A DNA stretch of 64,000 bases, taken from the IMG/VR virus record IMGVR_UViG_3300037067_008637, positions 28,041 to 92,040 of that record. One strand, 5' to 3'. Numbering within the stretch: the stretch's first letter is position 1; every line of letters starts with the position of its first letter. Made by a program: the position numbers and the translations under genes. Positions 57,885-64,000 of the stretch are shown piece after piece. Under the pieces are notes generated by a model that was not told the origin of the DNA, made no database searches, and saw nothing but the letters and a program-made list of their open reading frames with translations. The DNA comes from a virus. Its lineage: Duplodnaviria > Caudoviricetes.

Positions 57885-59003
57885 TCATAAAAGAACATAT
57901 AATTGCTCTACAGGAACTTTGGCTTGGCAACCGGCACCATAGGGTCCGGTAAGAAATCGATTCAGAATATTTCTTGCGGCATTAACATCCGCATTGGCAG
58001 TATAACCACAAGACTGACAAAGAAATATCCCTTGTGACTTTCGGTTTCTTTTATCGATTAGGTTGCAGACTGGGCAAGTTATGGATGTATTAAAGGGGCT
58101 GACGCTTGCGTAAGAAACACGGTTTCTTTCGCAAGCGAACTTCAACCTCTGCATCCAATAAGCTTGATTCCAATTACCGATAACGGATCTCATAGACTTG
58201 TGAAGTCTCTTAGATTTCTTGGTATTTTTCGAAATGCCTTTGAGATTCTCAAAGACAATTAATGAGCCATGCTTTACGACTTCTTTGGCAGTCAAGGAAA
58301 TGTAGGACTTTAAGTCGACTCTGGCTCGTTTTTGACCCTTAGAACCGTTCTTGCACCGTTTGATTCTCTGAATCTTGGATTCCAATTCAGTTCCTAAATG
58401 TTCACCAGTTGAAAGAGCCGCCAGAGATTTGATTCCAGTATCGATTCCGATGCAGGAATCAAATGGTAACTTTGGACCGGTTTCTATCTCGAATGAAAAC
58501 TGAACATGATTTCTTAGAATTTGGACCGTTGTACAGAGTTTCCCTTCTTCCATTAATTGATTAAAATGTTTATGTCGTCTGATTGGAATGTCAAATATGA
58601 TCTGGTTTCCGATAGATTGAAGGTGTAACCAATTGTCGAACTCTTTAGTGTTTTTTGGTAATTCAAAGAGAGCAATTGATTTTGAGAGAATCATTCGATT
58701 TCCGAAATGGGCCGGTTTAATTGGCTCCTCTTCGGCTTCCTCCGCTTGCGCTTTGGCAGCAGAAATCATATCAATTGCTTCTCGGGCCGAATTTTGAATC
58801 ATTCTTTGTGAAAACCAAGTGGACTCTTTCACCAAATTTAGAACGCCCTTTAGCAGATCTATCTTTTTAGGAGTATTCTCCCAAAACAGATCGATAAAAA
58901 GATTGACAACTTTAGTATATTCTGCCCGAATAACTTCCAGTTGTTCTCTTTTTTCTGAAGTCATATACTTCAGATTGCATTTGGATGATCTAATGATTTT
59001 CAT
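57885..59003 (-). CDS. tnpB: TnpB RNA-guided nuclease (third lineage)
   Basis: GIDTG, VFENL, TSITCPVC/CQSCG, NADVNAARNI; no CCTTTAGG end hairpins. Confidence 0.9.
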   Translation of the reverse strand: MKIIRSSKCNLKYMTSEKREQLEVIRAEYTKVVNLFIDLFWENTPKKIDLLKGVLNLVKESTWFSQRMIQNSAREAIDMISAAKAQAEEAEEEPIKPAHFGNRMILSKSIALFELPKNTKEFDNWLHLQSIGNQIIFDIPIRRHKHFNQLMEEGKLCTTVQILRNHVQFSFEIETGPKLPFDSCIGIDTGIKSLAALSTGEHLGTELESKIQRIKRCKNGSKGQKRARVDLKSYISLTAKEVVKHGSLIVFENLKGISKNTKKSKRLHKSMRSVIGNWNQAYWMQRLKFACERNRVSYASVSPFNTSITCPVCNLIDKRNRKSQGIFLCQSCGYTANADVNAARNILNRFLTGPYGAGCQAKVPVEQLYVLL

Positions 59004-59107
59004 AACGAATATTCAACTTCTCCCTTGGGTTATAATTTATTCTCCTAGGATTTTTAGAATTTCATACATTCAATTATGAAAGGATTGTTTCTATTCAATA
59101 CAATGAT

Positions 59108-59484
59108 TGGCTTACGGGCCGGGAGTCGAACCCACCACACCGTCGTGTGTCCACCGAGGATATTCTCCGCTACACCAAATTGTATTCTATCCACATTCTC
59201 TCATCAAAAAATCTATAATCGTCTCTCCGATTTGTCACGCCTTCAGAACTGTCTCTTCTCCCCGACAATTCATCTCGAATATCTCAGTCTTCCCCTCACG
59301 AGAAAAACCGCATGATATCGTAGTTTGTCTATTCACATTTAGTCGGCGTTCACTTGTTGCTTTTCCAAATAGGCCTGGATCTTATAGTCAACCTGCTTCC
59401 TATAAGAGTTCCGATTCTTGTTTTATCTGCATTGAGCAGAGGCGCCTTGCTGCGCCACAGACAGGCGGAATAAGATCTTATCCT
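59108..59484 (-). ncRNA. Candidate structured RNA with tRNA-like 3' end
   Basis: ~375 nt without a minus-strand ORF of 60 aa or more; ends GGGTTCGACTCCCGGCCCGTAAGCCA; several hairpins. Confidence 0.4.
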
Positions 59485-59862
59485 CTACTCAGTTGGATTC
59501 GTTCCTAAACCAACTAGTACAGGAATCATCGGAAATAGTTCATCCTTTACCATATCGAGCAGATAAGGAATAATGCAATCATCTGTTTCTTCATCATTAT
59601 TTAGTTCATCCAAAGATGAATATTCCTCTAAGACAATCCCGAGAAACTTAGCCAAAGCATCATCATCCGACTCAATTGCTTCAATCTGCTGCAAAATTCC
59701 CTTATAGGCACAAACTGCATATTTCGCAACTCCCCATCTGAGCATATTTTCGACTTGCTCGTCCGGTTCAAAATTGAGAACATCTGCATCCTGATCAAGC
59801 AATGCTTGTTGGCTTTCGATCAGTCCATTAATTGCATCAATTAGTTGCTGCTTCTTAACCAT
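59485..59862 (-). CDS. Acidic hypothetical protein
   Basis: AGGAG RBS. Confidence 0.5.
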   Translation of the reverse strand: MVKKQQLIDAINGLIESQQALLDQDADVLNFEPDEQVENMLRWGVAKYAVCAYKGILQQIEAIESDDDALAKFLGIVLEEYSSLDELNNDEETDDCIIPYLLDMVKDELFPMIPVLVGLGTNPTE

Positions 59863-59897
59863 TTTAGATTTCTCCTGTAAGTGTACTAGTTAAATAA

Positions 59898-59974
59898 TGG
59901 AGCGGATAGTGGGATTCGAACCCACGAAAAAACTAGAATGGAAATCTAGCGCCTTACCACTGGGCCATATCCGC
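59898..59974 (-). tRNA. tRNA-Gly(TCC)
   Basis: GCGGATA/TATCCGC, CTAGA-TTTCCAT-TCTAG, TCCA end. Confidence 0.9.
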
Positions 59975-60012
59975 CATGAATTTACAATTTATTCACATTC
60001 GGCTTGAAACAA

Positions 60013-60234
60013 TCACTTTCCGTGTCGAATTACTTCTCTTAGTTCTTCAATATCTCGTTTACATTCTTTTCTATATCTTAACCTTTTCAATCTATTTTCA
60101 TCTACTTCATCAATAGGTTCTGAATGTTTGTTATGTTTTATTCCGAATGTGCCTACACAAATACCAGAAATGAAAACCAATAACACAATGAATATTCCTA
60201 TTCCAGCAATACTAACTATCATAGATACCTCCAT
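60013..60234 (-). CDS. Small membrane protein
   Basis: N-terminal hydrophobic helix. Confidence 0.5.
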   Translation of the reverse strand: MEVSMIVSIAGIGIFIVLLVFISGICVGTFGIKHNKHSEPIDEVDENRLKRLRYRKECKRDIEELREVIRHGK

Positions 60235-60247
60235 GATTGATCATAAT

Positions 60248-60324
60248 TGGAGTCTGGGATGGGATTTGAACCCATGATGAACAGTTTTGCAGACTGTCGC
60301 CTTACCGGACTTGGCTACCCAGAC
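60248..60324 (-). tRNA. tRNA-Cys(GCA)
   Basis: GTCTGGG/CCCAGAC, ACAGT-CTGCAAA-ACTGT, TCCA end. Confidence 0.9.
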
Positions 60325-60350
60325 ATGAAAGTTTTTCCTGGAGAGATGTA

Positions 60351-60614
60351 TCAGTCATCCCATTCGACAACATCGGGATTCACTCCAATAGCATCAAGAA
60401 ACTTTGACATTGGAAAATTATTCATAATGGTGTATCCTCCAATCGTCAGAGCATCTTCTCGAATATTGTATGCATCCTCTCGAGAATAAAGAACTTCATC
60501 CATGCGAATATTATGAGTTCGAATCATATCTATTTGTTGTGGAGTCAACTTCTCTTTCTCAATCACAAAACTACTTGAACTTGAATTGGATACAAATCCA
60601 TTACGAATTTTCAT
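60351..60614 (-). CDS. NSSS-motif family protein 11
   Basis: MKIRNGFVSNSSSSSF. Confidence 0.75.
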   Translation of the reverse strand: MKIRNGFVSNSSSSSFVIEKEKLTPQQIDMIRTHNIRMDEVLYSREDAYNIREDALTIGGYTIMNNFPMSKFLDAIGVNPDVVEWDD

Positions 60615-60623
60615 AACGATCTC

Positions 60624-60800
60624 CTAATAGATTTTTTCACCGTCCCAGTCACTACTATAGTCATCATCCCCTGCGATTCGTTCGAGGCAAGATGAATGAA
60701 CAGTTCCTAACCTTGTTGCTGTTTCGTATTCTTCACCTTCTTTGATAATCTTTTGACAATGGCCACACCTCATTCCATATGGAGTTTTTGTCATTACCAT
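60624..60800 (-). CDS. Small zinc-finger protein (58 aa)
   Basis: Manual translation: CGHC...HSSC; TAATG overlap with the RNase H stop. Confidence 0.5.
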   Translation of the reverse strand: MVMTKTPYGMRCGHCQKIIKEGEEYETATRLGTVHSSCLERIAGDDDYSSDWDGEKIY

Positions 60801-61243
60801 TATTTGATCCTTTTAATTGCTTCGGTTGCTAATACATCACATCTTTCATTATAAGGATGTCCTGTATGACCCGCAACCCAATGCCAATTAATTGTATGTT
60901 TTTGAGCTACTTCATCTAACTTCTTCCACAACTCTTGATTTTTGACAGGACCGGAAGAAGTTTTCCACCCATTCTTCTTCCACTTATGAATCCAAGTCTT
61001 CATTCCGTCCATAACATATTTGGAATCAACCCACATTTCAACAATGCAGCTTTCTTTTAATGCGGATAATGCAGCAATTGCGGCGGATAGTTCCATTCGA
61101 TTATTAGTCGATTCTTTTTCACCACCTGATAGTTCTCTGGTGTGGCCATTATATTCAAAGACGACTCCCCATCCGCCTACTCCAGGATTTGGATCACATC
61201 CTCCATCTGAATAGATTGTGACTTTTTTGAGATTGTCTCCCAT
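60800..61243 (-). CDS. rnhA: Ribonuclease HI
   Basis: YSDGGC..NPG, TNNRMEL, DSKY, VKNQELW, GHTG...NERCD. Confidence 0.95.
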   Translation of the reverse strand: MGDNLKKVTIYSDGGCDPNPGVGGWGVVFEYNGHTRELSGGEKESTNNRMELSAAIAALSALKESCIVEMWVDSKYVMDGMKTWIHKWKKNGWKTSSGPVKNQELWKKLDEVAQKHTINWHWVAGHTGHPYNERCDVLATEAIKRIK

Positions 61244-61252
61244 ATCATGCCC

Positions 61253-61567
61253 TCATATTTCCGTCCCGTATTTCTTAATCAATTTTGCAAGAGTTGCTTT
61301 TTCCACCGTTTCTTTTTTGATTCTTCTCGTTTCTGATCTTTTATTGGATATATCTATTCTTTTGCTATATTCCTCATCTGTTTCTTCTCTTTGACATCCT
61401 AAAGATAACCATATCTCGGAGGAAGAAGCCGAGACAATAATAGATGTGTCCCCATATTCTCGAGAGATTTCGTTAATCCGTTGTCGAATATCATTAACTG
61501 TCATCCTCCCCTCCGAAAATATGATACATACCTCTCTCACTGGATCCATAACTATTCTTCTTTTCAT
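61253..61567 (-). CDS. Hypothetical protein
   Basis: ORF in a dense gene run. Confidence 0.45.
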   Translation of the reverse strand: MKRRIVMDPVREVCIIFSEGRMTVNDIRQRINEISREYGDTSIIVSASSSEIWLSLGCQREETDEEYSKRIDISNKRSETRRIKKETVEKATLAKLIKKYGTEI

Positions 61568-61916
61568 TTATCTAGATCCTTGTAATGTGAAGCAATTGGA
61601 GCATCCCATACAGCATGTATGATTTCAAGGTCAATTCTTTCTTCATCACTCATATTTGCATATTCAATGTTGTCAACCAACTCCTCTTCAGGAGTTTTTT
61701 CTTTCATCACCAATCACCTTCTCCATTATCTCGTTCGATATATTCAAGACGTGCCTCCAATTCATTCATACGAGATTCCAATGCAGCCAATCGTTTGTCG
61801 TATTCTAATTTGAGATCATCCAAATATTGGAATAATTCTGGATGTTCACGTCTAAGACGTGCTTCAAGATTATCTCTTCCTGGCATGTTATTACTCCATT
61901 TTGTGAGTTTTTGAAA

Positions 61917-62000
61917 TGGCGGAGGATGAGGGACTCGAACCCCCAAGCCCGAAGGCGCCTGTCTTCAAAGCAGGTGCATTACCAATTATGCTAATCCTCC
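61917..62000 (-). tRNA. tRNA-Ser(TGA)
   Basis: GGAGGAT/ATCCTCC, CCTGC-TTTGAAG-ACAGG (C-A mismatch), variable arm, GCCA end. Confidence 0.88.
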
Positions 62001-62013
62001 GCAATATAGTTGT

Positions 62014-62592
62014 TTATCCGTTTCGATATCCGGTAGACAAGGAAGAATACATTCGAGAAGCACTTCTTGCACCCGCAGGAGTTGCATCAAAAGAGCAAGT
62101 ATTACAACCCTTGATTCCCAGTGATCCGCCTACAGCAAATGCGTCCTGATTTGCTCCAAGATAGATAAATTCCCAAGAGTATTTCTCCTGTTGATGTTTT
62201 ATCATTTCCTTAATCTGTTCTGAATTGTATTCGGTACTTTGATTTTCATACCCATCTGTTAGAATAACAACAATCACCTTATCCGGACGCAACGCTTCAT
62301 CCGTCTTTGCCAATCGTTCTCCAACAGTTGTAACTGTCTTACCAATAGCATCCAACAAAGCCGTCCATCCTCTTGGAACAAACACAGTTGCATCCAAAGG
62401 GGGAACATCCTGAATGTTGATATTGTCATGGACTATTTCATATTTGTCATCAAACAATACAAGGGTTAGAGATGCTTCACCCTTAATGGCTTTCTGCTCA
62501 TCCAGAAAGGTGTTAAACCCACCAATGGAATCCATCCGAATAGATTCCATAGATCCAGAACGATCCAAAATACAAATAACTTCTGCTTTCAT
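62014..62592 (-). CDS. von Willebrand factor A domain protein
   Basis: ILDRSGSM MIDAS, TALLDAIG, ILTDGYEN. Confidence 0.88.
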   Translation of the reverse strand: MKAEVICILDRSGSMESIRMDSIGGFNTFLDEQKAIKGEASLTLVLFDDKYEIVHDNINIQDVPPLDATVFVPRGWTALLDAIGKTVTTVGERLAKTDEALRPDKVIVVILTDGYENQSTEYNSEQIKEMIKHQQEKYSWEFIYLGANQDAFAVGGSLGIKGCNTCSFDATPAGARSASRMYSSLSTGYRNG

Positions 62593-62607
62593 TGTTACCT
62601 TCTCCTT

Positions 62608-62987
62608 TTAGACAAATTGTTGATCTGCGTGATCTGAAATATAACTAAATCTATCATACCATTCCCGAGCATTATTCATTGCTCTCTGTACCATAGGATT
62701 AGGTGCATCATCCTCCACATTTCGAATCATGTGATGCATTGACATACTATCCAAACAATCATTTAAGGATTCTTCAATGTTCAACTTCTCAAGCTCGCCA
62801 TCCAAATTCTTTTTTCCAAACATATCAATCAACTCGTCAATCTTGAGTTGAGTTGCATCACATTCCTGCGTCCATCTTGCAACAGGTTCCGGATGTTTCG
62901 AAGCTTTAAGATTCTTAGATTGTATATTGAGATTGCGGAGATGCCTTCTATATGCACATACTGATTTCTTGGTTAATACTTGATTCA
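62608..62987 (-). CDS. Hypothetical protein
   Basis: ORF downstream of RtcB; start uncertain. Confidence 0.45.
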
Positions 62988-62993
62988 TTTTCG

Positions 62994-64000
62994 TCACCCT
63001 ACTTTCTTCTTTTTCTTTTCCCATGGTTTTTGTCCACCGATACCTTTGACATTGATAACAGGTTTGATCCAATCTAACACATCAATAACCAAACCTTTCT
63101 GCCTTGCAATAACCAATTCCAAATCCTTGTAAGCATCTGGCGCTTCATCCAACAATGATTTATCTGTGGATGATATAATTCCTTTCATCTGCTTCTCGAA
63201 TCGTTCTTGATCAATTACCTCTTTAGCTTTCTTTCTGCTCATTTTTCGTCCTGCACCATGAGATGCGGAACACAAATATTCTTTGTTACCAAGTCCTCTG
63301 GTTAGAACTACACCATTTGACATATTACCGGGAATCACACCAAGGACGCCTTCTTCTGCTGGAGTTGCACCTTTTCTGTGCAAGATTCCATCCGGAAGAA
63401 TTTCTGCATGATTATGATTCTCATTAACCATATCGGTTCTAATGAATTTATCACATTCATCTTTTGAAAACCCAATGATTCTCAAAACTGATTGTAACAT
63501 CCTCTTTCTGTTTTCAAGAGCATATACAAGCATAAAATTCATATCAGTAAGATACTCTTGCCCATATTGAGAATCAATATGATAAAACCCAGGAGGAAGA
63601 TCTGTATCAACCACCTTAGATCTTTTCATATGAAACTCCCCAACTGAATGTCCTGGATTTCTAGAACCACTATGAATGGTAATACACAGAGTATTTGTTT
63701 GATTGTAGCCCAACTCTAGAAAATGATTTCCACCTCCTAGTGTACCAATTTGCATTCCTAATTTCGAATTGACTTTGTCTTTAAGTGTTTTGTCTCCAGA
63801 AGCATTAATGAATTCCAAATATTCTTGCTTCTCTGGATTTTCTCTTCCTTCTCCAGCAGGAATGGATGACAAGATTTTTTCGTATATGGATTGTAATTGG
63901 TTTTGTGAGAACTCCGAAATACTTAATTTTGTATCAACAAACCCCATTCCGCAACCTGTATCGTATCCCACGTATGAAGGAGATATCACTCCATCTAACA
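62994..64000 (-). CDS. rtcB: RtcB RNA ligase (N-terminus outside window)
   Basis: GYDTGCGM, GTLGGGNHFLE, HSGSR, NHNH, HRKGAT, SHGAGR. Confidence 0.95.
   Translation of the reverse strand, partial: LDGVISPSYVGYDTGCGMGFVDTKLSISEFSQNQLQSIYEKILSSIPAGEGRENPEKQEYLEFINASGDKTLKDKVNSKLGMQIGTLGGGNHFLELGYNQTNTLCITIHSGSRNPGHSVGEFHMKRSKVVDTDLPPGFYHIDSQYGQEYLTDMNFMLVYALENRKRMLQSVLRIIGFSKDECDKFIRTDMVNENHNHAEILPDGILHRKGATPAEEGVLGVIPGNMSNGVVLTRGLGNKEYLCSASHGAGRKMSRKKAKEVIDQERFEKQMKGIISSTDKSLLDEAPDAYKDLELVIARQKGLVIDVLDWIKPVINVKGIGGQKPWEKKKKKVG

Noticed and set aside
12998-59003. Calling the TnpB-like proteins Cas12f
   Set aside because: No repeat-spacer array or cas genes adjacent; two of the three have IS200/IS605-type ends
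59108-59484. tmRNA or tRNA-Sec
   Set aside because: No GGGG...CCACCA Ala acceptor or convincing tag frame; no UCA anticodon arm or matching 5' acceptor strand
59107-59508. 133-aa plus-strand ORF
   Set aside because: Opposite to local transcription, overlaps the tRNA-like end, and has atypical composition
1-64000. Cellular chromosome or recoded genetic code
   Set aside because: Single-strand dense small ORFs, reversed rpoC-rpoB and no ribosomal genes indicate a phage; TAA, TAG and TGA all end intact genes

Overview
AT-rich, densely coding segment of a large (jumbo/huge) bacteriophage genome in standard genetic code. Almost everything is on the minus strand; the one clear exception is a TnpB element. 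Contents: (i) a compact multisubunit RNA polymerase with beta' upstream of beta (beta is cut by the window edge); (ii) an operon reading as ubiquitin-like protein, E2-like, E1/ThiF, JAB protease and an intein-containing Gat-QueC; (iii) replication/repair genes: SbcC/SbcD, clamp-like protein, SF2 helicase, two-subunit type II topoisomerase, NAD ligase, RNase HI; (iv) nucleotide/cofactor genes: QueD, ThyX, HPRT, two deoxyribosyltransferase-like proteins, SpeD; (v) eleven paralogues sharing only an N-terminal MKxRxGFVSNSSxxSF motif, near a radical SAM/SPASM enzyme; (vi) a GluR0-type ligand-gated K+ channel with a PspA/yjf-like membrane module; (vii) seven tRNAs, RtcB, three tnpB-only elements and a CCA-ending tRNA-like ncRNA candidate. 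The best candidates for an undescribed system are the phage-borne Ubl/E2/E1/JAB(+Gat-QueC) conjugation operon and the NSSS-motif family with its radical SAM neighbour. All calls come from motif recognition by eye; no searches were run.
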